A DNA stretch of 63,552 bases, the filler included. It is 7 parts of 7 records of this genome, joined end to end, with 100 filler letters (N's around TTAATTAATTAA, not from the genome) between each part and the next. Parts side by side here need not be neighbours in the genome. Positions count along the whole stretch, not along the records: positions 37,865 to 47,550 come from DRR723986_16525; positions 47,651 to 58,180 come from DRR723986_16533; 5 more parts are not named here. One strand, 5' to 3'. The notes under the pieces were generated by a model. That model saw only the letters and a list, made by a program, of their open reading frames with translations. It made no database searches and was not told the origin of the DNA. Positions 39,187-49,830 of the stretch are shown here, one piece after another; position 1 is the first letter of the stretch, and the number at the start of each line of letters is the position of its first letter. The position numbers and the translations under genes are program-made.

Positions 39187-39834
39187 ATGAAATACCTACA
39201 AGTCATTCCACTTTTTCTAATTCTAGTTGCTTGTGGAAACCCTCAAGAAGAAGACTCCAACGAACCTATCGCTCCTTCTTATACCCCATTACCGTATATA
39301 GGCATGCATGATATCAGTCCGGGAGACACCATTTACCACGTAGTACCCCAATTCACGTTATTAAACCAGGACAGTACAACTATTACTAACGAATTGGTAA
39401 AAGGCAAAATTCATGTAGCCAATTTCTTTTTTACTTCGTGCCCTGCAATATGTCCTGCAATGATTGAACAAATGAAGCGCTTCCAAGAAATGACCGCTGA
39501 TATAGACGAACTGATGATTTTATCTCATACGATTGATCCCGAAAGAGACAGCATTCCTAAACTGAATAAATACATTCAAGATAGAGAAATAGACACACGA
39601 AATTGGCACTTTCTTTATGGTGAAAGAGCTTATGTTCATGAATTAGGGAAAGAAGGCTATATGGTAAATGCCATGGAAGATGATGCCGCTGAAGGCGGTT
39701 TTTTGCATTCAGAACATTTTGTACTAGTTGATAGAGAAGGTCATATCAGAGGATTATATGTAGGGACGGATACTGAAGAAGTAAACAAGTTAAATGATGA
39801 TATCCGAAAATTAATTGCAAATGAATACAACTAA
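39187..39834 (+). CDS. SCO-family copper chaperone lipoprotein
   Basis: LVAC lipobox, FFTSCPAICP, IDPERD, FLHSEHFVLVD. Confidence 0.93.
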   Translation: MKYLQVIPLFLILVACGNPQEEDSNEPIAPSYTPLPYIGMHDISPGDTIYHVVPQFTLLNQDSTTITNELVKGKIHVANFFFTSCPAICPAMIEQMKRFQEMTADIDELMILSHTIDPERDSIPKLNKYIQDREIDTRNWHFLYGERAYVHELGKEGYMVNAMEDDAAEGGFLHSEHFVLVDREGHIRGLYVGTDTEEVNKLNDDIRKLIANEYN

Positions 39835-40387
39835 AGATTTAGAAAAAAAATACAAACCCCTAGTCATCATTTTATCCATTGTTATCCCAACAGTGGTTGC
39901 AGTACTTTTTTCGGTTAAAATTGACGGAATCGACCTACATTTTTTACCACCCATTTATGCCACAATTAATGGAATAACGGCTGTGCTATTGATTGCAGCT
40001 GTCATAATGATCAAAAAAGGAAAACGTGATGCACATCAAAAACTAATGACTTTAGCTGTAGTCTGCTCGGTACTATTCCTTGTGATGTACGTTGCCTATC
40101 ATATGACATCTTCAAGTACGATCTACGGAGATGTTAATGGAGATGGCGTTCGAGATGAAATTGAAACTGCACAAGTTGGAATTTCTACAACAGTCTACTT
40201 TTTCATTTTAATCTCACACATTCTTTTGAGCCTGGTTGTGTTGCCATTGGTAATGATGACTTATTTAAAAGGATGGGCTAACAAGTTAGAAGCGCACAGA
40301 AAATGGGCGAAAATTACTTTCCCGATTTGGTTGTACGTAGCAATTTCTGGAGTTGTAGTCTATTTAATGATCAGCCCCTTTTATTAA
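39821..40387 (+). CDS. DUF420 membrane protein
   Basis: YATING, H..LM, FLVMYVAYH, SHILLS, H.KWAK.TFPIWLYV..SGV. Confidence 0.9.
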   Translation: MNTTKDLEKKYKPLVIILSIVIPTVVAVLFSVKIDGIDLHFLPPIYATINGITAVLLIAAVIMIKKGKRDAHQKLMTLAVVCSVLFLVMYVAYHMTSSSTIYGDVNGDGVRDEIETAQVGISTTVYFFILISHILLSLVVLPLVMMTYLKGWANKLEAHRKWAKITFPIWLYVAISGVVVYLMISPFY

Positions 40388-41217
40388 AAGCCACCAGTAA
40401 ACGTACAGATATCACGTTTGAATGGTTTAAAGGTCAGCATAATGCCGTAAAAAGCATACCAATCTTTAGTTGCTGAATTTCCCCTGTTGAACCCTGTTAA
40501 ATTACCGCCATCAAGCGTTCTGTTTGAAAGTTCACTTGCAATAGGACCGTTCTCGGCTCTCAATAAATCAGGATCCACATAATTTCCTGAAACATCATCC
40601 AAATAATCTGTAAAGGTTTTTCTAATGCCATACTCAATTGACATGGCCAATCGTTTTCTTAAGTTGAACTTTAATCCTATCCCCAATGGAATAGAAATTT
40701 GATTGACCTTGTAAGGCCTTTTAGATGATAAAGCAGTCCCTTGCCCCTCAGTCCCAAGCGATTGCAATTCAACTTCGTTGCCGTTATAGCTGGTCATTGG
40801 ATTCATTCTGAAATAGGCAATTTCATAGAAGAAGTAAGGGCTAATTGGATACTTCATATCATTAATTCGATATTTCAATAAATCCACTTCAAATCCGACA
40901 GCCAATTCATAAATTTTTGATGTAAAATCTAAATTTCGATTAACTTGAAATAAATCGTCCGACTTAGCATCTTGTGCGTAAACTGAACCATAAGTTCCTG
41001 TAAAACGGAGAGACGCACGGGTAGACAAATTATAACGAACTATTGCACCAAAAGCTGGCTTTGAATAAATAAAATGTTTAGTTGGGTTTAGATCTCCTAT
41101 ATAATAGGAAGCTCCTCCCATAAAACCCATTTCAAATCTGGCTTTAAAAAGATCAGATTGACCGAAAGTATTTGACAATGAAAATACTGAAACTAATACG
41201 ACCAACAGGTAACGCAT
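40384..41217 (-). CDS. DUF6089/PorG-like outer-membrane beta-barrel protein
   Basis: Signal peptide, YYIGDL, RNLDF, LGTEGQG, TFTDYLDDVS, KDWY. Confidence 0.8.
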   Translation of the reverse strand: MRYLLVVLVSVFSLSNTFGQSDLFKARFEMGFMGGASYYIGDLNPTKHFIYSKPAFGAIVRYNLSTRASLRFTGTYGSVYAQDAKSDDLFQVNRNLDFTSKIYELAVGFEVDLLKYRINDMKYPISPYFFYEIAYFRMNPMTSYNGNEVELQSLGTEGQGTALSSKRPYKVNQISIPLGIGLKFNLRKRLAMSIEYGIRKTFTDYLDDVSGNYVDPDLLRAENGPIASELSNRTLDGGNLTGFNRGNSATKDWYAFYGIMLTFKPFKRDICTFTGGF

Positions 41218-41222
41218 ACCGT

Positions 41223-42140
41223 TTAAAATTTAGGAATATAAGTTGCTCCTTTTGAAAAACGATAGTTTAGAGAAAATATTGCAAACATGTATGCATCATT
41301 CCAATTCGGGTCACCTCTTTGCTGATAATTCACCAATCCATTTGGCAAAACGTTCACACCAGTCCATCCCAAACTTGGGTCAACTGAGCGATCAGATAGC
41401 GCAGCCGCTTCAGGACCGTTGGCCGCTTCGATAGCTGCAGGGTGATAATACGAAGTACTGACATCATCAATATAATCTGACAAGGTATATCGAACTGAAA
41501 GATCAAAGCTTAAACTCCAATGTTTATCAATCATGTATTTTACCCCTACACCTAGCGGAAAATTCATAGTGTATTTCTTGTACTTTTCAGGACGACCAGG
41601 TAGACCTTGACCTTCTGTTCCCAATGGCTGCAAAGCGATCCAATTTCCATTATAACTTGCTTTAGGATTGAAAAGCGTTAATCCAACACCGGCAAACATA
41701 TATGGCATTAGAGTAAAAGTCTTATTTCCGTTGATTCCTGAAACTTTATACCTAGGAGACACACGTTCGCCCAAAGGATAAAATTCGCATACTGCATTGA
41801 ATTCTCCGATCATTGACCTAAAACTCAAGTTTCGATTATTTCGAATATCATTTTTAGTGACAGCATCATCTCCGTGTAAGTAGCCCCAAAGAGCAGTAGC
41901 TTTAACAGAAAATGCAGGAGAAATCATGAATTTATACCCCCCCATAAATGAAGGTCTTGTTGATCTTGCTTTTAAATCTTTGAAATAATGAGTACCAATA
42001 CCTTTTGCTCCGCCCAAGTCACCCAGGAAGTTTGACACACCAACACCCAAGCATACTTCATGCCGCACATATCTCCATGTCTGGGACTGGCCCAAAAATG
42101 GCATCAAAAACAAACAGAAAATGAGTAGTAGTCTTTTCAT
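41223..42140 (-). CDS. DUF6089-like outer-membrane protein (paralogue)
   Basis: NFLGDLGG, RNLSF, LQPLGTEGQG, SDYIDDVS, RGDP..NDAY. Confidence 0.78.
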   Translation of the reverse strand: MKRLLLIFCLFLMPFLGQSQTWRYVRHEVCLGVGVSNFLGDLGGAKGIGTHYFKDLKARSTRPSFMGGYKFMISPAFSVKATALWGYLHGDDAVTKNDIRNNRNLSFRSMIGEFNAVCEFYPLGERVSPRYKVSGINGNKTFTLMPYMFAGVGLTLFNPKASYNGNWIALQPLGTEGQGLPGRPEKYKKYTMNFPLGVGVKYMIDKHWSLSFDLSVRYTLSDYIDDVSTSYYHPAAIEAANGPEAAALSDRSVDPSLGWTGVNVLPNGLVNYQQRGDPNWNDAYMFAIFSLNYRFSKGATYIPKF

Positions 42141-42205
42141 TAATACCTATTACGTAAAAAATCGTTAAAAGGTTGTAGCTAAATTAGTGAGAATTTCCAA
42201 TAACA

Positions 42206-43006
42206 TCAAACGTTTGAACTAGAGTTTTTCACTTCTAATTGTTGTGTAAGTTGAATAAATTCTTGAACCGACAACGTTTCTGCCCTTCTTTGAAACAGTT
42301 CATCACTTGTATCAAAGCCCTCAGAAACCTCATTAATTAAGGATTTCAGACTATTTCTTAGTGTTTTTCTCCGTTGATTAAATGCTGATTTAACGACACG
42401 TTTAAACAACTTTTCATCACAGTCTAACTTTTTTACGTTATTGCGTTTTAATTTTATCACTCCTGATTTCACCTTCGGTGGAGGGATAAACACGTTTTCA
42501 TCTACGGTAAAAAGGTACTCGATATCATAATAAGCCTGCAACAGTACTGAAATAATGCCATATTTCTTAGAACCTGGACCTTCAGAAACTCGCTCAGCCA
42601 CTTCTTTCTGGAACATTCCAACAACTAATGGAATTTGATTTTTATGATCTAGAACTTTAAATAAAATTTGAGAAGAAATGTTGTATGGGAAATTTCCAAA
42701 AACGGCCAGTTCACCCTCGAACATTTTGCTAATATCCTCATGTAAAAAATCCCTGCTATAGATACGTCCTCTAAGATCAGGAAAGTTTTCATGTAAATAA
42801 TCTACCGACTCTTCATCAATCTCTATAACATGGGTATCAAAATGATCTTTGGCTAATAGGAATTTCGTAAGCGCGCCCATTCCAGGACCAATTTCCAGAA
42901 CAGTTTTAATTTCTGGATGCAGATCCATTTGGTTCGCTATACGCTGACAGACCGTTTCATCCTTTAAAAAATGTTGCCCTAAATGCTTTTTTGGTTTTAC
43001 TGACAT
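42206..43006 (-). CDS. rsmA: 16S rRNA dimethyltransferase
   Basis: [38 protein letters not shown]. Confidence 0.97.
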   Translation of the reverse strand: MSVKPKKHLGQHFLKDETVCQRIANQMDLHPEIKTVLEIGPGMGALTKFLLAKDHFDTHVIEIDEESVDYLHENFPDLRGRIYSRDFLHEDISKMFEGELAVFGNFPYNISSQILFKVLDHKNQIPLVVGMFQKEVAERVSEGPGSKKYGIISVLLQAYYDIEYLFTVDENVFIPPPKVKSGVIKLKRNNVKKLDCDEKLFKRVVKSAFNQRRKTLRNSLKSLINEVSEGFDTSDELFQRRAETLSVQEFIQLTQQLEVKNSSSNV

Positions 43007-43317
43007 TAAAATGTTTTATCTACGCGCAAAAGCGTTCTAAAAGCTGCAAACTTTCCTGCAAACTTATTGCTATGCTCTGCCTGTAGTTTGGGTGCATATT
43101 GTTCTTGATATTTTTCAAGTGTCTCCATATTCTCACAGAGATATTGAATTGAATAGGACTTTCCCCCATCTTCTTCTGCCAAAATCCTTGAAAATCTAGC
43201 CTCAAGAAATAACCCAGTTGCCATTACATCTTTGATATGAACCTCTTGCATCCAAGCAACCCATTCATCATGGACATTTAGGTCAATGTTGACAGTAACG
43301 TTGTAGATAATCTTCAT
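43006..43317 (-). CDS. DUF4286 family protein
   Basis: IIYNVT..W..WM..HI..V, YSIQY, FRTLL. Confidence 0.88.
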   Translation of the reverse strand: MKIIYNVTVNIDLNVHDEWVAWMQEVHIKDVMATGLFLEARFSRILAEEDGGKSYSIQYLCENMETLEKYQEQYAPKLQAEHSNKFAGKFAAFRTLLRVDKTF

Positions 43318-43319
43318 TA

Positions 43320-45152
43320 TTAATTAAAGTTAGCTGTAATTTCTCGGTACTTTGCTCGAGCCTCCGCATCATAAAGACTGCCTTTAAACTCAAACATAAT
43401 CTTTTTATAATACTCCGCGGCCTTGTTTTTATCCTCGAGATTATACTCGTAAATTTTTGCAGCTGCGAAAGCAGCATCATCCGCTAAAATATCATGGCCG
43501 TAAGACTCAATTACAATATCATAAAACTCAATGGCTTTATCCCATTGTTGTAGCTCTTGATAAATCTCTGCTTTTTTGAATAAAACCTCATCAATTATAC
43601 CGTGAAAAGGGAATTCTTTTTCTAAGCTATCAAGCATCTCCATGGCGGCAGTAAATTTATTTTGTTGTAATAATAAATCCGCGTTGGCAAAAAGCTGCAC
43701 GGGTGCCAAAGTGGTATCTATACCTAAATTATCCTGTAAAAGTAAAGAAAGCTGCATAGCATCATTGGCTATCAATTTACTGGTAGATGCTTTTAATACA
43801 TCCAATTGCGCTTTAGCATATTCAAATTCACCATCATAATAAAATACCTTGGCGTTTTTATACTTCGCTTCATGCCCAATTATATCCTCAGTGAATTGTT
43901 TCTCAACCTGCATATACAATAAACTTGCATCCCAAATTCTGTCAGAAACAATATAAATATCGCCTAATAAAATTTTAAGTTTTGCTTTTTCAATCAAAGA
44001 AATAGGCAAGTCTTGACATTCTTTAATAAGGCGTTCAGCTTTTTCAGGGTTATCTAAATAAAATGCGTTGATTTCGGCTTGTTGAATAATTATTCCCAAA
44101 GTTTTTTTTGATTTACCCATTGTGATAAGAGCCTCTTCAAAATCTGATTCTATCACTTCTAAATCAGCCAGGGTATAGGACTTTTGACGGGTTACCTGAT
44201 GAAACCCTAACTTTAATTTACGCTCCATTGCAGAAGTATAATATGGTGATGAAGGTCCAAGTTCTATTATATATTGATAGGATTTTGAAGCCGCTTTATA
44301 CTCTTCATTGGCCTCGCATATCCCCCCGATTTCAAACAATCTTTTCCCTTTCAAACCCATCCTTTTATCCAAAGCTTTCGCCTGAATCACGGCACCGTTA
44401 AACTCCTTTTTATGCAAGTAAAACCAAATCAACATCTCAGAATAATAATCCTTATCTGGATATTTTTGAACCCTAGTTAACAGTTCAGTTTTAAGCATTT
44501 CAACACGGTCTTGATCTTCCTCAAAATCAATAACTCGTGATAAATAAGTTTGAACCGTTTTAATATAAACTTGACTGTAATCAAGCAAGTTCAAATACTC
44601 CTGAATCATCTTATCGTACTGATTCAAAGATGAATAAACCTCAGCTAATTCCAATTGAAATTGATATCCTTTGCGAATTAACTTTTTTCCTTTTTCATAG
44701 GTTTTTAAGGCATATTCATTGTTCCCACGAATTTTAAACTCTTTTCCAAGACTGGTAATTTTGCTTTGTACAGGGACCAAATCATTGATCATTTGGTCAT
44801 AGATTGAGTTGGCTTCTTCTTGACGTTCAGTTTCCTCATAAACTTGAGCTAATAAAAAACGTGCGTTATTTGATTCAGGATTTGATTTGATTTGTTTTTC
44901 GGCAACTTTCTCTGCTTCGTCAAACTTATCCTGATAATACAAGCTCAAAAAGTACTTTTCAAAATGAATGGGGTGTTTGTACTTTTTGTAGACTTTCTTA
45001 TAATACACTTCGGCTTTTTCGAACTCACCCTTTGTAAAATAATGATCCGCAAGTTTGCTATCATTATCTCTAGGCTGGGCAATAGCAAATGAAGCCGTAA
45101 AAAACAGCAGTAATAATAAAAGAGGTTTTATTTTACTGAACTTGAGCTTCAT
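43320..45152 (-). CDS. Tetratricopeptide repeat protein
   Basis: Signal peptide, multiple TPRs, STSKLIANDA conserved Bacteroidota motif. Confidence 0.88.
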   Translation of the reverse strand: MKLKFSKIKPLLLLLLFFTASFAIAQPRDNDSKLADHYFTKGEFEKAEVYYKKVYKKYKHPIHFEKYFLSLYYQDKFDEAEKVAEKQIKSNPESNNARFLLAQVYEETERQEEANSIYDQMINDLVPVQSKITSLGKEFKIRGNNEYALKTYEKGKKLIRKGYQFQLELAEVYSSLNQYDKMIQEYLNLLDYSQVYIKTVQTYLSRVIDFEEDQDRVEMLKTELLTRVQKYPDKDYYSEMLIWFYLHKKEFNGAVIQAKALDKRMGLKGKRLFEIGGICEANEEYKAASKSYQYIIELGPSSPYYTSAMERKLKLGFHQVTRQKSYTLADLEVIESDFEEALITMGKSKKTLGIIIQQAEINAFYLDNPEKAERLIKECQDLPISLIEKAKLKILLGDIYIVSDRIWDASLLYMQVEKQFTEDIIGHEAKYKNAKVFYYDGEFEYAKAQLDVLKASTSKLIANDAMQLSLLLQDNLGIDTTLAPVQLFANADLLLQQNKFTAAMEMLDSLEKEFPFHGIIDEVLFKKAEIYQELQQWDKAIEFYDIVIESYGHDILADDAAFAAAKIYEYNLEDKNKAAEYYKKIMFEFKGSLYDAEARAKYREITANFN

Positions 45153-45693
45153 TTTTTAGTTTCTCTACAAATTCATCTACGGCCGGACATGAGTTATAAT
45201 AGTACTTTTTTTGACTTTCTTGTAGCTCATTAAAAGCACTAAAAGACCCAACTAATACAGTTAAATCTTTTTTCTCAACTTCTAAATATTCTTTCAATTG
45301 CTCATCCTTTAAGACACCGTTTTCAATATCGTTTTTGAGATTAATAAATTGCGTTTTTAATTCATCAATCTCATTTTGATAAAGTACTTTACTTTTATCG
45401 GCACCATTGAGAGATTTCCTTACTCCTTTACAATCGTTCATCTTTGTCCCGAACTCAAGAGAAATTGTATCGGGGTTATACAATGATTTAATCACAGCTT
45501 CATTTTCTAAAATATGATTCACCATATAGGTTAAACTGTCATATTCAATTTGACTATGCTGTGCTTCAATGTCATCCAAAACCGTTAGGCAAGAATCAAT
45601 TGTTTTGATTTCTACAGAATATTTACTGGAAGGATCGCAAGAGGTTAATACTGCGCCTATTGAAATTAATGCTATTAAAAATGAGTATCTCAT
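45133..45693 (-). CDS. Hypothetical lipoprotein
   Basis: LTSC lipobox, helical mature part. Confidence 0.7.
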   Translation of the reverse strand: MRYSFLIALISIGAVLTSCDPSSKYSVEIKTIDSCLTVLDDIEAQHSQIEYDSLTYMVNHILENEAVIKSLYNPDTISLEFGTKMNDCKGVRKSLNGADKSKVLYQNEIDELKTQFINLKNDIENGVLKDEQLKEYLEVEKKDLTVLVGSFSAFNELQESQKKYYYNSCPAVDEFVEKLKNEAQVQ

Positions 45694-45721
45694 GTTTTTT
45701 AACTCTACAAATTTCGTGCTA

Positions 45722-46996
45722 TTATTTTGTTATCTTATTAAATCCCGTATAAGGTACTAAAACCTCAGGGATTACAATGCCGTCAGCAGTTTGGTTATTT
45801 TCTAACAATGCTGCCATTATCCTTGGCAATGCCAAGGCACTTCCATTTAATGTATGAGCCAATTGGCTCTTTTTATTTTCATCCTTGAAACGTAGCTTTA
45901 ATCGATTTGCTTGAAAAGTTTCAAAATTTGAAACTGAACTTACTTCTAGCCATTTTTCTTGTGCCGCTGAATAGACTTCAAAATCGAATGTTAAAGCTGA
46001 AGTGAATCCTAAATCACCTCCGCACAGTCTCAAAATTCTGAAGGGTAAATTTAATTTTTCGACTATCCCTTGCACGTAAGCAACCATCTCATCTAAGGCC
46101 TTTCTTGAGTTTTTCGGATGCTCGACTCTTACAATTTCTACCTTATCGAACTGATGCAATCTATTTAAGCCTCTCACATCTTTTCCATAAGAACCGGCCT
46201 CTCTTCTAAAGCAAGGCGTATATCCTGTTATCTGAATCGGAAAATCTTCTTCTTTAACAATAACATCTCTAAACATATTGGTTAATGGCACTTCCGCGGT
46301 TGGAATCAAGTATAAATCATCCGTTTGCGCATGGTACATTTGGCCTTCTTTGTCTGGCAATTGCCCGGTTCCGTAACCAGAGGCTTCATTCACAACAAAT
46401 GGGGGAATCACTTCTTTGTAGCCAGCATCTCTCGCCTCATCTAAAAAGAAATTGATTAACGCCCTTTGCAATCTTGCTCCTTGACCTAAATAGAATGGAA
46501 AACCAGCTCCACTCACTTTCACTCCTAACTCAAAATCAATTAAATTAAATTCTTGCGCCAAATCCCAATGCGGTTTTGCGTGTTCTCCCAAATCAGGAAT
46601 TGATCCTCCACTTGCAACCTCAACATTGTCTTCATCTGAATTTCCAGCAGGAACGGTTTCATTGGGCACGTTAGGAATTTCATACAATTTAGATTGTAAA
46701 GATTCTGCTAAGCTTGAAACCTTCTCTTTCAAGGCTTTTTCGTTCTCTTTTAGCTCTTGTGTTTTTGCTTTAGCAGCATTCGCCTCCTCTTGTTTGCCTT
46801 GTGCAAAAAGCTGTCCAATTTCCTTTGCAATTTTATTTGCTTCAGCCGCCAAGCTGTCCAATTCTCCCTTTGCCGATCTCCATTCATTATCGATATTCAA
46901 CAACTCATCCAATTGAGCTGAAACATCAATATTTCTAACCTTTAAGGCTTTTGCAATTTGCTCTTTATTTTCTCTAATTCTTGTTATTTCTAACAT
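45722..46996 (-). CDS. serS: Seryl-tRNA synthetase
   Basis: LIPTAEV, CFRREAG, RLHQFDKVE, EVSSVSN, HTLNGS. Confidence 0.98.
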   Translation of the reverse strand: MLEITRIRENKEQIAKALKVRNIDVSAQLDELLNIDNEWRSAKGELDSLAAEANKIAKEIGQLFAQGKQEEANAAKAKTQELKENEKALKEKVSSLAESLQSKLYEIPNVPNETVPAGNSDEDNVEVASGGSIPDLGEHAKPHWDLAQEFNLIDFELGVKVSGAGFPFYLGQGARLQRALINFFLDEARDAGYKEVIPPFVVNEASGYGTGQLPDKEGQMYHAQTDDLYLIPTAEVPLTNMFRDVIVKEEDFPIQITGYTPCFRREAGSYGKDVRGLNRLHQFDKVEIVRVEHPKNSRKALDEMVAYVQGIVEKLNLPFRILRLCGGDLGFTSALTFDFEVYSAAQEKWLEVSSVSNFETFQANRLKLRFKDENKKSQLAHTLNGSALALPRIMAALLENNQTADGIVIPEVLVPYTGFNKITK

Positions 46997-47022
46997 GCTT
47001 TGTTCTTTGGTAGGATAAAATT

Positions 47023-47057
47023 AAAAAACCCTGACGAGAAAGCTTCTGTCAGGGTTT
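47023..47057 (-). terminator. Intrinsic terminator after rpmA
   Basis: AAACCCTGAC...GTCAGGGTTT stem with A/T tracts on both sides. Confidence 0.75.
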
Positions 47058-47078
47058 AAAAAAAATATTTTTTACTGA

Positions 47079-47549
47079 TTAGCTTAATGCCGCAATTAAA
47101 TCTGCTTTTTTCATAGATGAAATACCAGAAATTCCTTTAGCTTTTGCCATATCTTTTAATTCAGCAACAGTTTTAGAATTTAAATCGTCACCAGCCTCAG
47201 CTTTCTTTTCTGCCTTTGGTGCCTCTTCTTTTTTCTCAGCTTTTGGAGCTGCTTCTTTAACTTCTGCTTTCGGTTCAGCTTTTGGTGCTGCCTTTTTAGG
47301 AGCTGCCTTAGCTTTCTCAATTACTTCTGTTTCAAAAGGAACTACAGAAACGAAAGAACGATTGTTCTTTTTCTTTCTAAATTCAACAACACCATCTACC
47401 AATGCATACAACGTATGGTCTTTACCCATACCAACATTGTTTCCTACGTGATGTTTAGTTCCTCTTTGTCTTACAATGATGTTACCAGCTAAAGCTGCTT
47501 GTCCACCAAATATCTTAACACCTAATCGTTTCGATTCTGATTCTCTACC
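47079..47549 (-). CDS. rpmA: 50S ribosomal protein L27 with Ala/Lys/Glu/Pro linker and C-terminal Rho_N-like domain (5' truncated)
   Basis: [35 protein letters not shown], then about 80 extra residues ending [33 protein letters not shown]. Confidence 0.93.
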   Translation of the reverse strand, partial: GRESESKRLGVKIFGGQAALAGNIIVRQRGTKHHVGNNVGMGKDHTLYALVDGVVEFRKKKNNRSFVSVVPFETEVIEKAKAAPKKAAPKAEPKAEVKEAAPKAEKKEEAPKAEKKAEAGDDLNSKTVAELKDMAKAKGISGISSMKKADLIAALS

Positions 47550-47550
47550 G

Positions 47551-47650
47551 NNNNNNNNNNNNNNNNNNNNNNNNNNNNNNNNNNNNNNNNNNNNTTAATT
47601 AATTAANNNNNNNNNNNNNNNNNNNNNNNNNNNNNNNNNNNNNNNNNNNN
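47551..47650. other. Artificial contig spacer
   Basis: 44 N + TTAATTAATTAA + 44 N. Confidence 0.99.
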
Positions 47651-47651
47651 C

Positions 47652-48392
47652 ATGACCTTCAACTTCGCCATGCAGGCGATTGACCAGATCATCAACTCCG
47701 CCGCCAAGACGTTGTACATGTCCGGCGGTCAGATGGGTGCCCCGATTGTCTTCCGTGGACCAAACGGTGCCGCGGCGCGAGTCGGTGCCCAGCATTCACA
47801 GGATTACGCTTCCTGGTACGCCCACGTGCCGGGCCTGAAAGTGGTCCAGCCGTATTCGGCTGCAGATGCAAAAGGCCTTCTGAAGGCAGCAATTCGCGAC
47901 CCAAACCCGGTCATCTTCCTGGAAAACGAAATCCTCTACGGTCATTCCTTCGAAGTCCCGGACATGGACGATTTCGTTCTGCCGATCGGCAAGGCGAAGG
48001 TGGAACGCGGCGGAACGGACGTGACGCTGGTTTCCTGGGGCATCGGCATGACCTACACCATCAAGGCGGCTGAAGAGCTGGCCGGAATGGGGATCTCGGC
48101 CGAGGTCATCAACCTGCGCACCATTCGTCCGCTGGATATCGACACCGTACTGGCGTCCGTCCGCAAGACAGGTCGGATCGTGACAATCGAAGAAGCCTTC
48201 CCGATGTGCTCCGTTTCATCGGAAATCGCCTACCAGGTTCAGGAAAAGGCGTTCGACTATCTCGACGCACCGATCCTGCGCGTGACCGGCAAGGACGTTC
48301 CCATGCCTTACGCTGCAAACCTGGAAAAGCTGGCTCTGCCGAACGTTGGTGAAGTCATCGATGCGGTCAAAGCCGTAACCTACACCGCCTGA
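47652..48392 (+). CDS. pdhB: Pyruvate dehydrogenase E1 beta, C-terminal part
   Basis: [31 protein letters not shown]. Confidence 0.96.
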   Translation: MTFNFAMQAIDQIINSAAKTLYMSGGQMGAPIVFRGPNGAAARVGAQHSQDYASWYAHVPGLKVVQPYSAADAKGLLKAAIRDPNPVIFLENEILYGHSFEVPDMDDFVLPIGKAKVERGGTDVTLVSWGIGMTYTIKAAEELAGMGISAEVINLRTIRPLDIDTVLASVRKTGRIVTIEEAFPMCSVSSEIAYQVQEKAFDYLDAPILRVTGKDVPMPYAANLEKLALPNVGEVIDAVKAVTYTA

Positions 48393-48408
48393 GGCCAGGG
48401 AGACGGAC

Positions 48409-49758
48409 ATGCCAATCAATATTACCATGCCGGCCCTTTCTCCGACCATGGAGGAGGGCAACCTGGCCAAATGGCTGGTCAAGGAAGGCGATCAGGTTTC
48501 GGCCGGTGATGTAATCGCCGAGATTGAAACCGACAAGGCGACCATGGAAGTGGAAGCGGTTGACGAAGGCACCGTCGGCAAGATTGTCGTGCCTGCGGGA
48601 ACCTCAGGTGTGAAGGTCAACGAACTGATCGCCGTACTTCTGGAAGACGGTGAAGATGCCAGTTCCATCGACACCTCCGGTGGATCTTCGGCATCTGCTT
48701 CTTCATCGGGAGGCGACAAGGCTCCGGCTGTGCCGGAAAGCTCGCCGGCGATCGAGGTCGGGGCAAAGGCGGCAACGGATCCGGTTCCGGCTCCCAAAGC
48801 CGCTGACGGAAACCGCATCTTTTCGTCCCCGCTGGCTCGCCGTCTGGCTCAGCTCAACGGTCTCGACCTGAAAGCACTTTCCGGTTCGGGTCCGCATGGC
48901 CGCATCGTCAAGCGCGACATCGAGGCAGCTCTTGCTGCAGGTACAGGCAAGGCAGCGCCCGCTGCTGCTGCTGCGGAAGCACCGAAGGCTGCCGCAGCAC
49001 CGGCCATGGCAACCGGCCCGTCCGCGGATCAGGTTCTGAAACTGTTCGACAAGGACAGCTACGAACTCGTGCCGCATGACGGCATGCGCAAGACCATTGC
49101 CAAGCGTCTCACCGAGTCGAAGCAGACCATTCCGCACTTCTATGTGTCCGTGGACTGTGAACTCGACGCTCTTCTGGCTCTTCGGGCACAGCTCAACGAT
49201 GCTGCCGCCAAGGACAAGGAAGGCAAGCCGGCCTACAAGCTTTCGGTCAACGACATGACCATCAAGGCTCTGGCTCTGGCCCTGCGCGATGTCCCTGATG
49301 CGAACGTCTCGTGGACCGACGATAACATGGTCATGCACAAGCATGCCGATGTCGGTGTCGCCGTTTCCATCCCGGGTGGCCTGATCACGCCGATCATCCG
49401 CCGGGCGGAAGAAAAGCCTCTTTCCGTCATTTCCAACGAGATGAAGGATTACGGCAAGCGTGCGAAAGAACGGAAGCTGAAGCCCGAAGAGTACCAGGGT
49501 GGTACCACCGCGGTCTCCAACATGGGCATGATGGGCGTGAAGAACTTCTCGGCCGTCGTCAACCCGCCGCATGCGACCATTCTGGCCGTCGGCGCCGGCG
49601 AAAAACGCCCTGTCGTCAAGAACGGCGAACTGGCTGTTGCCACGGTGATGAGCGCGACGCTTTCGACCGACCACCGCTGCGTGGACGGTGCGCTTGGCGC
49701 CGAGCTTCTTGCCGCCTTCAAGGGCTACATCGAAAACCCGATGAGCATGCTTGTTTAA
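48409..49758 (+). CDS. pdhC: Pyruvate dehydrogenase E2 dihydrolipoamide acetyltransferase
   Basis: Lipoyl ETDKAT, E3-binding [21 protein letters not shown]. Confidence 0.96.
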   Translation: MPINITMPALSPTMEEGNLAKWLVKEGDQVSAGDVIAEIETDKATMEVEAVDEGTVGKIVVPAGTSGVKVNELIAVLLEDGEDASSIDTSGGSSASASSSGGDKAPAVPESSPAIEVGAKAATDPVPAPKAADGNRIFSSPLARRLAQLNGLDLKALSGSGPHGRIVKRDIEAALAAGTGKAAPAAAAAEAPKAAAAPAMATGPSADQVLKLFDKDSYELVPHDGMRKTIAKRLTESKQTIPHFYVSVDCELDALLALRAQLNDAAAKDKEGKPAYKLSVNDMTIKALALALRDVPDANVSWTDDNMVMHKHADVGVAVSIPGGLITPIIRRAEEKPLSVISNEMKDYGKRAKERKLKPEEYQGGTTAVSNMGMMGVKNFSAVVNPPHATILAVGAGEKRPVVKNGELAVATVMSATLSTDHRCVDGALGAELLAAFKGYIENPMSMLV

Positions 49759-49768
49759 GCCTCATCTC

Positions 49769-49796
49769 CGGCGCGGCGGCAACGCCGCGCCGTTTT
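49769..49796 (+). terminator. Hairpin/terminator between pdhC and lpdA
   Basis: CGGCGCGGCG-GCAA-CGCCGCGCCG-TTTT, perfect 10-bp stem. Confidence 0.7.
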
Positions 49797-49830
49797 CAAT
49801 CGATGACTTCATTCGCCGGGGAAATACACC

